Counted from the first letter of the stretch, positions 13,280 to 28,184 are shown. The stretch: DNA of 64,000 nucleotides from Octopus vulgaris (GCA_951406725.2 OX597817.1:107508001-107572000), one strand, 5' to 3'. The notes: generated from the letters alone by a model not told the origin. Translations and numbers: made by a program.

Positions 13280-14654
13280 GGGAGAATTGGCTGTTTACAT
13301 TCAGACTCCATCGATGACTCGTCTTCACAATTCTGGTGCACGTTTGTTCGGAATCGATGCAATCTTTATTGGCTGAATTATAAGAATGAGAATAAAAAAA
13401 CGATAAGAAAAGACAACTACAAGTAATATATTGTATACACCTGTAATCTTTACTATACAAACAGGAACTATGCATTAAATAAGAAATAAAAATGCTTTCT
13501 TTTTCTGTTTTTAGCACATACGTGTTGAAACACATACACACACAGAAACACATGCATATACACAGATACACACGCACATACATACACACACTCATACGCA
13601 CGCATACATACGCGCGCACGTTCTCCTTATATTTATATACAAACAGTAGTGCGTGCCTGAACATATATCATGTAATATGATATATGTTGTTATAATGATA
13701 TAATACAGAACATACATTATTTCTAATCATCTAAATATAATTGTTTTATAAATGTCAAGTTCTATTTTCCATTTCTGTGTTTCCTATTGTTGAAGTAATA
13801 AGCCGTACATATGCACTCACTCTATGTGCTACCAGCCCCATGGTATCAGTATCATATTTAGTTGTTCTTCTCATAAGATAAAATATTGCGTTGGATGAAA
13901 ATAACTAATAAACATTGGTTATTTGTATTTGGTATACAAATCAAAGAAATTTAATGTCGTGATTCTCAACTTTAAATAATAATATTTATGTAATTTACCA
14001 CAAAGATATCTTTGCTATATTTTAGTCCTAACATCGAACAGACCTATGATCAAAGTTATTCTAACCAAGTTAAAAATACCGAATTTTTTCAGACTTACTC
14101 TGTCTTGAACAAAAATATTCAGTGTGTTGATTATTTAAATCAACCCTTTTTGTCTAAAAAGGAAAAAAATGAATGAAACATAGTTGGAATGCCCTTGAAC
14201 ATAGGCCTACTAAATGATTAATTGATTTGGTGCTAAACGACAATTCGAGGAGATTTCACTGTCATTTCTAGCAGGTCAGCAAAACACGTAGGGGTTGGAA
14301 GAATGAAAGGTAAAGTCAATTTAAATGCAGAATGTAGAAGGCTGAAAATAAATATGGTAAGACACACAGGCATTTCACTATTTTTCTTTCTAATTCTCAG
14401 TTATTAGATAAAAACAAAATTGATCTCATTTCACTTAAAACAAATTTTGGGTGGGGTGACAAACAACATTGGCTTTGAACTCAGACTGCAAATTGGAAAA
14501 GCAGATATCGCGATATATTTAACTTGATAATGCGATTAAATTGTAGCTAATTTTTTAAACTCACATTTAAAGTTTCTTTATATCTACATCTACTCTATAT
14601 GTCAGTCTCCTAATGTCAACAGTCTTATGTTTGGTAATATACAAAATACCAAAG

Positions 14655-14856
14655 GGCAGTGAACTAGGAGAATCGTTAACACGCCGGACAAAATGCTTTG
14701 CGGTTATTTCTTCCGGTTTTACGTTCTCAGTTCAAATTCCGCAGTGGTCGACTTTGCCTTTGGGGTCGATGAAATAGATACCGACTGAGCACTGGGATCA
14801 ATGTAATCGACTTACTCCCTCCCTTAAAATTTCTGGCCTTGTACCTAGAAATGAAA
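14655..14856 (+). mobile_element. SINE family B
   Basis: GGCAGTGAACTAGGAGAATCGTTAACACGCCGG..GTTCAAATTCCGC..GTCGACTTTGCCTTT. Confidence 0.75.
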
Positions 14857-14940
14857 GAAACTGTACATCATACCAGACTGGAATCGCATAGTAGTCCTTT
14901 ATTTCTAAACTAAGAGTAGTCACGCTCTTACCCAGTAGGC

Positions 14941-15536
14941 CAGGATTTCTCAAAGTGAATTCCGAGAAAAACAGATTTTGTGAAAAATTATGTGATTTTG
15001 TAGGATAAAATGTGTAGTGACGCCAGGTTTTAGACGCCATTTTGGGATGTCCATCTGCGCACGTGCAATATTTGGTATCTTCCGGTAGGCCGCCGGAAGA
15101 CCCCTGATGCGCATGTGCAGTAATAAGGAGCAGTTAGCCTTTCCTGCTATTCCAAGTTTTTTGGCACTTGGCGGTCGATGAATTAAGACGTGTCCCGATA
15201 AGGCTCCGAGCGAAGGGGCGAACCAGACTGCGCGGGCGGTGAAGACTGTTTTAACCATGGTGATTTTAATCCGACTCTGCTGCCTTCTTAACCCAGGCGT
15301 TCATACTACCAATGACCAGCGATGAAATATCTCCTTCTGTGAAATACTAAACTATTATTGTTATTTGTTCAGCTATTCGTGTTCCTGCCGTTTTATTCCT
15401 TTTTACAACATTGTAGGGAAATGTGTGAAGTACCCTACAAATGCAGATATCACACAGAGATAGATAACGAAAATCCTACAAATGTTTAATAAAATCATGT
15501 AAGGGCTCTTCGACAAATATAGTTTGAGAACCACTG
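14941..15536. mobile_element. hAT-type non-autonomous element
   Basis: CAGGATTTCTCAAA / TTTGAGAACCACTG termini; imperfect 8-bp TSD CAGTAGGC / TATTAGGC. Confidence 0.65.
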
Positions 15537-16329
15537 TATTAGGCCATCAACTTATCTACATTTAGACATTAATTTACTCCATTGTTATCGAAGCAGTGTC
15601 AGTCAGCAGAATCGGCACCAGTGTATTTATGAGCGCCCAAAGCCAGTTTTATAATAATGCATCGCCTGATAACTTTTTTCTAAAACTTAATTCAACCAGC
15701 ACTCTCGTTACACCAGCAGAAAAATAAAATGCAGTTAAGCAGAAATCTATTGTTTTAAGATCACCGAGTAAATTTTCTTTCAGGCAAGATTTGAAATGTT
15801 TCATAGCACGACATGACCCTCTCGTAACTCCACCTTACCTGATCTTGTCCTTGTTCTCTAAGCTCCCCTATTTCGAGTGTGACCTCACCTGCTCGCTGCA
15901 TTACTAACTTATCGTGTATTTAGTTGAATGTCTATTAAGAAACTTTACTTTAAGATGTTAAGAATATATGTGACGCTCCTGATCTTAGCCGTAAGTAGTA
16001 TCTAGGCTCATTAGAGATTTTTCAAAGCATATTTAAATTTCTGAGTGTCTTGATAAATGTGTTATTCATAATTAAAACACAGTCTGCAACAGTTTTATAC
16101 CTACGTACCCACCTACCTGCATACCTACCTTCGTACTTACCTACGTACGTACCTACCTACCCACCTACCTACCTACCTACCTACCTATCTACCTACCTAC
16201 CTACATACATACATACATACATACATACATACATACATACATACATACATACATACATACATACATACGTACGCATGCATGTGTGTGTGTAGGTATGGTT
16301 AAGGTGATGCAAAGAGGAGTAATAGAACT

Positions 16330-17100
16330 CAAAATATGAGTATATGTGTATTTTTATTAATATTTAGCAGAAGCAACAGGGTGACTCAAGGTCAATAGTT
16401 TTAAGCGCGCCGTCAGTTCGCCTGTCAGTTTGCTTCTGTGGGATTGCCTCGTTGAGCCAGTGCATTTGCTCTGAACATAAAACTCTGCATTGACGATTTT
16501 TAAACACTTCTTAGTTTATCAGTCCTTGACAATCCCGCCAAACACAAACCATTGTATTGCGTGTATGTAGCTCCGGCTTGGCTCGAGGTGTTGCTTACTT
16601 CCTGGAACTCGGCCATTGTTTTCTCTGATACATATTTACGTAAAAGCACCATTTACACAAATTTCTGTGTTCAATAACAGCTGGTGTTAAGCGAGCAGAC
16701 TGGTAGCGATGGACGAACGCTGGAGTTTGGCTCTCACCTATGCATCAAATTTTTAGACCTTACCCAGCGAGTGAAGGTAACAGACGACGATATCATAAAA
16801 GTGTCCCATCTGCTTGATGGATAAGCCGCGAGTTCTCGTAGACAAGCTGGTTCAATTGAACAGAACAGGTCGGCCGGAACACGGAGTATTTGTGAGATCG
16901 AATTTCCCGTCTTTGCAGCATGAAAATAATTTATAAACAGTTCTTTCATTTTACAAATGTTTCGAGCGGCTGTGGAAGCTGTGGAACCTTGATTGAAAGC
17001 GAGGAGAAAAAGTATTTTTCGTGTTAATTCAATTAACACTGAAAAGAAATGAATGAATTTATCTGACAGCCCAATAAATAAAATATTATACTAATAACAT
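16330..17100 (-). pseudogene. Decayed mariner transposase
   Basis: Minus-strand peptide RKILFLLAFNQGSTASTAARNICK (mariner N-terminal HTH), later KWCFYVN..RKQW; many stops. Confidence 0.7.
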
Positions 17101-17199
17101 AAATACTCTAAATTAATTATTTTTCTGAACTTTTCCTATTGTTTAAATTTTTGAAATATTGGTACAATTTTTGCTGCGGTACTGATATTCAATAATCCG

Positions 17200-17390
17200 T
17201 TCTACTAAAGCACAAGGCCTGAAATCTGAGGGGAAAGGACTAGTGTTTCACTGGTATTTAATTTATCGACTCCGGAAGACTGAAAGGCAAAGCTGACGTC
17301 AGCGGAATCTGAACTCAGAACGTAGCGGCAAACGAAATCGTGCTAAGCATTTCGGCCGGCGTGCTAACGATTTTGCCAGCTCACCGCCTT
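17200..17390 (-). mobile_element. SINE family B
   Basis: GCACAAGGCCTGAAA..GAAAGGCAAAG..GCTAAGCATTTCG..GCCAGCTCACCGCCTT. Confidence 0.8.
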
Positions 17391-17899
17391 GTATTGATTT
17401 TGTTTCACAGATTCATAATTTCACACTAAGATTCTTGCTTCACTGTATGGTGAGTCTGTGATTTTAGATGAATTTGCTAATTTTACTTAGTAGAGCATTA
17501 CATTGATACTAGTGTCACGATACCGCGCTTTTAGACCAAGCCGCTATTTTAACATCGCAATGGTTTTATATAATAATGATGCTAGTCTTATGGAACTGTA
17601 TTTTAGATTAAGTTATTTTTACATTGTTGTGATTGTGCATTGCAGTATTACTGGATAATCTAAATTCGTTCTGAAGTAACATTTTTTTTCGTAATTGGAC
17701 ATTAGAAAGTTTATGAAGAAGCGAAAATAGTAAATTGGATGGAAGTAAAACTTCATTGAAGCACCTGCTCCATATTATAGTTAACAGATGCCTATAGTGG
17801 ACATAGTGTTCATGTCTTGATGATGCTGATGATATTTTAATTCGTCAAGATAACTAACAAGTAATCTAAAGCACAAATTTCTGGTGAAATGTTACAAAA

Positions 17900-19960
17900 A
17901 GATAAAGCAAACTTGTTGCACAGATTCAGTCAGACTCAGATAATTTTCCCATATGACAACAACATTCTGCAAATATTGCACACCTCTTCCATAGCCTGTT
18001 CATAATGGGTTACACGGTACCATTTTTGTTTCAACTTTTACGTAGTATAACGACTTTCGTAACTGTACAAAATATATGTCAGCTGTAACAAACTTTATAG
18101 CTACCAGAGCATTCAGAGTCAGCTCGATAGGGATGTGAAGTAATAGGTAAAAAATCGAACAGAATGAAATCATTTCTAATACTCTACAGTTTTATAATGT
18201 ATCAAACTGTACCCATGACATTATTATACATGAGGAAAGGTGTAAATATAAATGAGCAAATCCTTTACAGGTTCCTTGTTGGAACCGGAAGATAAAATGC
18301 TTCAAAATCATCTAGAAAATTCTTCACTTGCTCGTTTGCGTCTATGTTGAAAATGAACTGATCAAATTCTATGAAGAAATAATAAAGAGGATATTTTTTT
18401 CATTTGGATTTTAAATAATTGCTGATGAATGTAATGACATAAATGGGAAAGATCAGTTGTCATTTTGGTGTAAATTAACTAAATCTAATAATATTCCTTG
18501 CCGTAACAATTAAGTAGATCGGATGTGGTTTCTATTGCCAATGCAACCGTTTAGAAGTTTGGGCTAAATGTAGAAAAAAAAAACTACAAGCATATGAAGG
18601 TTGCTCTACAATGGCAGGAAAGGAAAGTGGAGTGCAAGATAAAATAAAGAATAAATATATTAAATCTGCATTTGTTCATTGTGCCGCACATAAACTAAAT
18701 CTCATTGCAAATGGTCTGCAAGCAGTTCATGAAATAAGGGATTTTGTTAGTACAGTTTAAATAACATAATTTTTTCCTTGAGAGTTAAAAGAGATGCCTT
18801 TGTCCAAATGTACCATTACCTTATAAAACATCAATAGCATAATTAGAAAGTGTGCTGCTGTGCCGCCCAGGGCAGCCTTTGAGTTTGTTGCTCCCTGCAC
18901 CCTCTACATGTTTATACAGCAGACCCAAAACTGCCTCCCCCATAGAAGTGCAGCCCAAGATGTACCGTACTCATGTACCACCCTGCTACGCTACCGCCCT
19001 GCTACGCTACCGCCCTGCTACGCTACCATCCTGCTACGCTACTGTGAAACTCATTGGACTGTAAATTATTAAAACACTAGAAATTCTTTCCATTAACTGT
19101 GAAAGCTTTTCGATCAGTTGTGTATACAGCTTCATATAAAACACGCCAAGAAACTCATCAGCTGGAGTGTGCTTCAAGTACAGTAACTTTTCTCGTCTGT
19201 CTAATTATAATTTCAACCTATTCAGCACGGCTGGAATCTGTAACACAAGCTCTCCACGCTGTTCAACTTGATGTAATAGAAGTTTATAAACACGTCCAAG
19301 AATTCTTAAGTGTTTTCTGTGGCCACAGACAAAAAGCAGAAGAATAATTTAATGAAAATCATTCGAAAGTCGAACAACTGACAGAAAAATTGGACATAGA
19401 GTTAATTCTTACCGAGTTTGTAGCCGACGGAAATTGCATTTCAATGTTGATGGCTCATCTATAGAGAAATATTTTCGTAGACTAGTCTAAACACCATATT
19501 TACATTCCATAATATCGTCCCTGAAAAGTCGATGTGCTGCGGATAATTTGCAAACTTTTAGCTTCTATTCATTTCATCCTCTACAAGTGGCGAAGCAGGT
19601 TGCCAAGATCCTTAAACAATAAATAACTTGAACACTTAGAAGCTGAAACAGTTACTTGGTTCGAAATCTGGCGAGGAAGTCAGAAACAAAACGATGAATG
19701 TGAAGACGGACTTCAGATTTCAGTCAAAAATACTGAACCATTTCCTTCTGTATGACAGATTATTTATTGCTCTGATATAATCCGTATCAACTTGCACAGT
19801 GGAGAATACTAAGAAAAGAGCGAAAAGCCTAGGTTAAGATTAACAATGGCTGATAAATCTTCATCTGGACTGAGCATCATGAGTGTTCAACGATCAAAGG
19901 TTTTTTAAAAGCAAACTTGAACTCATAAAAATAAATGATAAAATAACATTCCTAGTTTTT
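17900..19960 (+). pseudogene. Decayed hAT transposase (ZMYM1/P52rIPK-like)
   Basis: IIADECNDINGKDQLS (18416-18463); YEGCSTMAGKESGVQ; FVHCAAHKLNLIA (18671-18710); hATC-like VSTCTVE and RLRLTMADKSSSGLSIMSV (19780-19890). Confidence 0.85.
18850..19044. mobile_element. DNA-transposon end inserted in the hAT ORF, with a 4x 16-bp terminal repeat
   Basis: CCCTGCTACGCTACCG x4 at 18981-19044, ending GCTACGCTACTG (reverse complement CAGTAGCGTAGC, hAT-like terminus). Confidence 0.6.
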
Positions 19961-20903
19961 TGTTCCATGATAGCTCTAATAAGCACGAATCAGATAACTG
20001 TGTAAACAAAGTGTTTTTTAATTTTGTCTTGTTTTTCATTGTTTTGCATCTCCCTATTTTTACGTGCCGATATTTATAAATTTTGCTCCTAAGAACTTAG
20101 AGGAACTTCCTCTCCAGTCTTCGTGGAACACTGTTCATTTAATATATGATACATTTCTCTTTCATTTACATACCAGAATCAGTGTGCTGTCGACACTTTA
20201 CTCCGTCTTTTTATGAAACATTCACATTCCTGTCTCAAAATGTAGCGTCCTGTCTTTTATTTTGAATACATTTCAAAATTTCATCACTATTTTGTAAATG
20301 CAGCTTATATAATATTTTGATCAATAATCAGTGATCTGATGCTTTACTTGTCTCAGTCATTGAACTGCGGCCATACTGGAGTACCGTTTTGAAGGGTTTT
20401 AATCAAACAAATCGACCTCAGTACTTATTATTTTTAAGCCTGGTTTCTTCTATTGGTTTCTTTTACCTAACCGCTAAGTTACAGGGGACAAACACGCACG
20501 CACACACACACACACACACCATAGGTACGCAGAGGAAAATTATTAGACATGCAAGTGCCCGATATGAACTTTGTGGCAAGTTATCACAAAAGTGTTCCAT
20601 AAATCATGCATGATAAATAAAATACTTTGGACTGCGACATTGTCTTGGTGATAAAACATGAAACAGAGTTTAAGAACTTGAAAATATATTCCTCAAAGCA
20701 GATGTAAATATAATTACATATTTATCGGGACACATCGATCGATAATTTCTTTCCACTAACCAAAGGAACAGCTAGCGTTATCAGTCGATATTTTAAAAAG
20801 GAAGAATAGAATATGTTGGTATGCCAGCTAAATGTCTCTCACGCCAACATAGGTTAAATAATATCTCATCTTAGCTTACATACATTAGTGATATGATATT
20901 GTT

Positions 20904-20950
<47 letters not shown>

Positions 20951-21694
20951 ACGTATATAAATCTATTGTGTTGACTTATCATGAAAATGTATTCATTACA
21001 ATACCAGACTAGAGTTAGCAACAGGAGACAAAATATATTTCATTAGCACAGAAAACAGCAGTTACGTATAGAGTAACCACGGTTGATATTTATGATTTTG
21101 AATAATATCATTATTTTTTACTTAAATCAGGCTACAAGAAGGCTGAAGCATATGTCTTAAAGGCCAAAATAAAATAAAAGGCTAAAATGATTAGAATTAC
21201 ATATAGGCACATGTTTGGCTTTGTGGTAAGTATTTTGCTTTCCAACCTCATGCTTCTGATTTCAACCTCTTGGGCAAGTGCCTTCAGCTATAACCTCTGG
21301 CGTGTTGGTGTGTAATGGGATTTCGCATAAAGGAAAAATATTTTATTTGATCTTTAATTTCGGTATACGTTCTGTAATTTCGCCATTACGGAAACTCAGA
21401 TAAATTTTAACAATTTAAAAACTACGCTTTCTTCTTACATAAAAGGCTTCTTCTCGATGTTTTAGCTAAGATCGAACTAGTTAACAATTTGAAAGATGCA
21501 CGATGCATGCATGCATGCATACATACATACATGCATGCATACATACATACATACATACATACATACATGCATGTGTATGTGTGTGTGTGTGTGTGCACGC
21601 GTGACTATAAACTAAGTCTGAGGTGCAATTTTTCTCTGACTATTTGTGAGTGCGTGCGTCTATATTTTCTTGGGTCAGAATGAATATCTATCTA

Positions 21695-21808
<114 letters not shown>

Positions 21809-22168
21809 ATCTAAAATAAAAGACAAGCACACGAGATATTTTTGTATTCTGGTGTATTTTAAAAATTGGATGAAATGTTTTTGATCTTAGAGCAATGAAG
21901 ATTGACTTGTGAGTAAACAACGACAGTACAATTAACTGCGTCTACCAACAATACTCCCACCATGACCATCGCCACCATCACCGATAGCAATACAACCAAT
22001 ACAACCAATACCACTACCACTATCAATCTACCAACTTTTGAATAACAGGCAACAATATAATAATATCTGTGTGATAGCAATGCCTATAGCTTCATATGCT
22101 GTGTGTCAACACAACGTTGTATGTGTGCATGTTTGTGCGACTGTATGTGTGTGTGTGTGTGTGTGAGT

Positions 22169-22205
<37 letters not shown>

Positions 22206-22224
22206 AGTGATTGTGTGTGTGAGT

Positions 22225-22255
<31 letters not shown>

Positions 22256-22270
22256 ATTGTGTGTGTGAGT

Positions 22271-22343
<73 letters not shown>

Positions 22344-22585
22344 CATGCATGCATGTGAGTAGAGTGTAGAGCTTTATGTATCAAATCAGAAACTCTAACT
22401 ATGAAATGTCCATGAACCATTAACTATAATCATGCAGTACTCCTGACCAGCCCATTACTTCACTCTTTCATAATATCGTTACTGTTGGTGATGGCTGTTA
22501 AAGTATTAAGGGGTTGGTAATGGCGGCGGTTGTATTGATTTTGGTACTGTTAGTGGTTGTGTTAACGTTGATGAAGGTCTGTTAT

Positions 22586-22586
<1 letters not shown>

Positions 22587-22676
<90 letters not shown>

Positions 22677-22756
22677 CAACAACAATAATAGTAATAATAA
22701 TAATAATGAAGATAATGATGATGATGATGATGATAATGATGATGATGATGATGATG
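22587..22756. repeat. (AAT)n/(GAT)n trinucleotide microsatellite
   Basis: Direct reading; one of dozens of (TA)n, (CA)n, (TACA)n and (TAGA)n tracts in the window. Confidence 0.95.
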
Positions 22757-23021
22757 TCTATGTATATATATATATGCATGCATGTATGTATGCACACACA
22801 CACGCACACACACACGCACACACACACAAACACACACACAAACACACACACACACACATACGCGCGCGCGCGCGCGTGGTATCTGTAATTGAGGTAGCAT
22901 TAAATGAAAATAGCTGGTCGTTGGTGGGGCGATTTGTGTCTCCTGATATTCATCTCGGGATGAATACTGCAGTAACTGGCCTATTAACAGTGTATATACA
23001 TTAAGTATAGTACATAGATGA

Positions 23022-23058
<37 letters not shown>

Positions 23059-23289
23059 GGCGTTCAAGATCGTGATTTCGATTCCCAGTTCAGTGCTGTG
23101 TTACGTTCTTGAGCAAAGCACTTCATTTCACATTGCTCAAGTCCACTTGCGACCTGACTGGCGTCTCATTCAGAGCAAATGTTGGCCTACTCGCCCAGCC
23201 AATCGGCGGAGATTCGAAGGCTAAATCATGCGATGAAAAGTGGTATGAACAATGGTGTATAATAACATCCGATAGTCTGGACGATACAA

Positions 23290-23329
<40 letters not shown>

Positions 23330-23369
23330 ATACACACACACACTCACACACATATATATATATATATAT

Positions 23370-23792
23370 GGGATTGGCTGTGTGGTAAGTAGCTTGCTTA
23401 CCAACCACATGGTTAAGGGTTCAGTTCCACTGCGTGGCACCTTGGGCAAATGTCTTCTACTATAGCCTGGGACCTACCAAAGCCTTGTGAGTGGATTTGG
23501 TAGACGGAAACTGAAAGAAGCCCGTCGTGTATATGTATATGTATATATGTATATACATGTGTGTATGTATGTGTGTGTGTGTGTTTGTATGTCTGTTCAT
23601 CCCCCAACATCGCTTGACAACCGATGCTGGTGTGTTTACGTTCCCGTAACTTAGCGGTTTGGCAAAAGAGACCGACAGAATAAGTACTAGGCTTACAAAG
23701 AATAAGTCCTGGGTTCAATATGCTCGACTAAAGGCGGTGCTCCAGCATGACCGCAGTCAAATGACAGAAACAAGTAAAAAGAGTAAAAAGAA
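23370..23792 (+). mobile_element. SINE family A, near full length
   Basis: TGGCTGTGTGGTAAG A box, GGTTCAGTTCC B box, CCTTGGGCAAATGTCTTCTACTATAGCC, internal (TA/TG)n, tail GAAACAAGTAAAAAGAGTAAAAAGA. Confidence 0.9.
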
Positions 23793-23795
23793 TAT

Positions 23796-23836
<41 letters not shown>

Positions 23837-23987
23837 ACGTGACCGACCAGACCATCAGATGTTGTTACACATCGCTGGCCACAATGCGTTCGCATTGTTT
23901 TAGCCTTTGAATGACGCCACCCCGCTGGCTAAGCGAGTAGGCCAATATATATATATCATTGTATATCTATATACATACATATATATA

Positions 23988-24043
<56 letters not shown>

Positions 24044-24148
24044 CATGTAATATATATTTATATACGCGCATATATTCTCGATAAAATAATAGAAACGCAC
24101 AAATATTTTCAGTAAAAGATTCCATCTCACACACCGAAGTTATAGTGG

Positions 24149-24188
<40 letters not shown>

Positions 24189-24189
<1 letters not shown>

Positions 24190-24387
24190 ACGAGGAGGTA
24201 CTCAAAAAAGTTCCTGGCTTTAATGGTGTCGTGAAAGGCTTGGTTGGAGACCCAACCTTCGAACAGGGCTTAGAAAAACTGAAGAACCCTTGCAATAAGT
24301 ATGTGGATCTGCATAAAATCATGATTAACAGATCCCCCTGTATTTTCTTTTATCCAAAACCAGGAAATTTTCCAGTAGCCTCTCGTA
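24189..24387 (+). mobile_element. Mariner-derived MITE with both TIRs
   Basis: CACGAGGAGGTACTCAAAAAAGTTCCTGG / CCAGGAAATTTTCCAGTAGCCTCTCGTA. Confidence 0.75.
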
Positions 24388-24412
24388 TGTAAGTGCATAT
24401 CTATCTTGATTA

Positions 24413-25087
<675 letters not shown>

Positions 25088-25630
25088 GTTCATATAAATT
25101 AATTATTGTGCTTTGATCTTAGCTGAAACGCTGAGAAGCGGCCTTTTGGTTTGGAAGAAAGTAGTTTTCTAAAAATTCCGTAAGGGTGAAATTACAGAGC
25201 GTATCTTAAAATCAATGGTCTTACTTCGCAACTTCTTTATGCTTGTACACTCATATAGCGAGGTGTCCGTGACACGGAAATACATTTTTTTTTCTTTTTG
25301 CTTCTGAATGTGTGGGTGAGTATATTTGAAGAAAAACTCATGATTGGTTGAATTGTTAAGAGAGGGCGGGTAAACCTGAAAATCCGCTGCCTTATTATCA
25401 TTAACAACCATAACAATAGAATCAAGGAGTGACAATAACTGTCAGAAGAATGCTAACAATAAACAATATTTAAATCATTGTAAACAATGCAGAATAGAAA
25501 CAAAAGCATCATTAATCTAACAGCTACTTATGGAACAATTAAAATCATTTGAAGTGGATAACTCCAAGTTTTACTATCTACCAGCGACAACCCCCTTTCG
25601 ACATCCTCTTTTCTTCTTTATTCATCCAGT

Positions 25631-25915
25631 GAAGGCGCGTGGTTTAGTGATAAGGGTATTTGAGCTCACGATCGTAATGTCGTCGTGAGTTCGATTCCTG
25701 ACGGCGCCTTGTGTCCTTAAGAAAAACCGCTCAGCTGGCAAAAATGAGTTGTACTTGTTATTCAAAGATCCAACCTTGTCATATTCTGTGTCACGCTAAA
25801 TCCTCCTGAGAACTACGTTAAGGATACGCATGTCTGGGGAGTGCTCAGCAACTTGCACCTTAATTTCGTGAGTAGGATAAACTGGAATACTCATCGTCGT
25901 GACAGACGGAGTGCC
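25631..25915 (+). mobile_element. SINE family C
   Basis: GAAGGCGCGTGGTTTAGTG..GAGTTCGATTCC..CTCAGCTGGCAAAAATGAG..GAGAACTACGTTAAG. Confidence 0.75.
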
Positions 25916-26071
25916 AGTATTTTATTCATTCGTAACAATCTGCAATGGAATCTGTTTCAAATAAATCATCTCCAGCTACTTACTCCTTTGTATGTGTGCG
26001 TGTATGTGCAAGTATTTGGTAATATCTGTAAGTCGATGATTGAAATGAATCTGTTCCTCCATTTTCTTATT

Positions 26072-26131
<60 letters not shown>

Positions 26132-26218
26132 AATAAGGGTAGAATTTGATACTAATCAATTAAATTCAGTGGCTTAGCATATTTTTTAAAATCCGAAGAT
26201 TAGAAATTGTGCTACATA

Positions 26219-26347
26219 CAAAATTTAGAGGACTGACCATTAAATGTGGACAGCCTAGATGCTAAGCATAGACGTCAAATCACCATTGGCGATTTGACGT
26301 CTATGTTTAGCATATATAAGTATTTAGTGGTCAGTCCTATAATTTTT
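26219..26347. repeat. Fold-back inverted repeat between (TA)n tracts
   Basis: Inner stem 26259-26285 / 26287-26313; outer stem AGGACTGACCATTAAAT / ATTTAGTGGTCAGTCCT. Confidence 0.9.
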
Positions 26348-27298
26348 ATATATATATATATGCATGTACACAGTTGTATCCACTCGCCCCACACATACGC
26401 ATTCGCCCTCATGGCTGAGTAGTTAAAACGTCATTTCGTAATCCACATGGTTTCAGGTTCGGTCTTATTATCAAGCATTGCATCTTGGGCAAGTATATTT
26501 TATTATAGTGTGGGTTCATAAATGCCTGGTAGCTGAAATTTGGTAGGTGGAAACTGTGCGGTAGACTGTGGTGCGTAATATACAAGTGTATATGAATAAA
26601 ATAAAAATAAGCGAAATGAAATAAATTAAACTCAGAGTGGCAAGTGACATAGTTGTGAACAACAAAACCCAATAAGGGTACATTAAATACCATACAAGAT
26701 AACTTTTAGAATTCTTGAATCATTTAGATTATTTCTGCTTTCAATAAGAGAAGACCAATCGCGTGGTGATAATAGGACCTATCTATAGATGAAAAGAGGA
26801 GATAAGCTCAAGAATCAAAGTTCTCCAAAACTTGCATGTCATTCAGGAAAATACAGTTTGATATTCTGAACACACATAAGACGATAAGTGACTGTTTGTG
26901 CCGCTACAGATGTTTCTGCCTGAATAGGTGTCATCGATGCAACAATTGTCCTACATTATCTTCTCCTCAAATACACAAATTAAGCTATTCACTATTGCAC
27001 TAACCTTATTTACGACTTTGACTGCTTTATATAGCAGCTGAATATTATATGTTATTGATAAAGGAAAGAAACTGGGAACATCTTCTGCCAGGATCGCTCA
27101 ACGAATCGCGAAGTGGTCCATCAGGAGACTTCCCTCTCTTCTTCTGCCCGAATTAAAAGTTTATAAGAAATGCTTTAAGATTCTTATTTCACCGCCAGCT
27201 TGGCTTTCTAATCCGTGCATGCATACATACATACATACATTAATACATACATACACACATACATACATGCATACATACATGCATGTGTGTGTGCGTGA

Positions 27299-27344
<46 letters not shown>

Positions 27345-27348
<4 letters not shown>

Positions 27349-27522
27349 CGTCTGCCGTTACGTTCTGAGTTCAAATTCTGCCGAGGTCGACTTTGCCTTT
27401 CATCCTTTAGGGGTCGATAAAATTAAGTACCAGTTACGCACTGGGGTCAATGTAATCGACTTAATCCGTTTGTCTGTCCTTGTTTGTCCCCTCTATGTTT
27501 AGCCCCTTGTGGGTAATAAAGA

Positions 27523-27523
<1 letters not shown>
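27345..27523 (+). mobile_element. SINE family B, 5'-truncated
   Basis: TATTTCGTCTGCCGTTACGTTCTGAGTTCAAATTC..GTGGGTAATAAAGAAA. Confidence 0.85.
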
Positions 27524-27594
<71 letters not shown>

Positions 27595-27625
27595 TATGTA
27601 TACACACACACACACTCACACACAC

Positions 27626-27716
<91 letters not shown>

Positions 27717-27773
27717 TCAGTCGTCTAAGAGACGATAAGTCAGGGAAAAGATGCACTCGTATATCTGTCAATA

Positions 27774-28000
27774 GGCGAGCTGGCAGAAACGTTAGCATGC
27801 CGAGCGAAATGCTTAGCGGTATTTCGTCTGCCGTTACGTTGTGAGTTCAAATTCCGCCGAGATCGACTTTGCCTTTCATCCTTTCGGGGTCGATAAATTA
27901 AGTACCAGTTACGCACTGGGTCGATTTAATTGACTTAATACCTATGTCTGTCCTTGTTTGTCCCCTCTGTGTTTAGCCCCTTGTGGGTAATAAAGAAATA
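27774..28000 (+). mobile_element. SINE family B, full length, with 16-bp TSD
   Basis: TSD CGTATATCTGTCAATA at 27758-27773 and 28001-28016. Confidence 0.92.
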
Positions 28001-28060
28001 CGTATATCTGTCAATAAAGTGGGTATGTTATCCGAAATGTACAGTAGTATTTATTCATCA

Positions 28061-28154
28061 CGGCTGATCTTACCAATCGGTTTCGCGCAAGGAATACAAT
28101 GGATTGTTAGGTCACAACTTGATTATGTAATTTTACGCTCATCAGAGTTGGCCG
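28061..28154 (-). ncRNA. Type I hammerhead ribozyme in the inverted pseudo-LTR
   Basis: Reverse complement reads CGGCCAACT-CTGATGA-GCGTAA..TTGCGC-GAAA-CC GATT GG-TA-AGATCAGCCG. Confidence 0.8.
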
Positions 28155-28184
28155 AGATGCAGAGAAGCTATCATACATTAATAT

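Noticed and set aside
25215-25385. Possible - strand exon (TTTTCAG..GAA|GTAAGA)
   Set aside because: Open frame has no recognisable homology and no linked exons were found.
26890-26955. Cys-rich frame CLCRYRCFCLNRCHRCNNCP
   Set aside because: No start, signal peptide or clear splice sites; probably chance.
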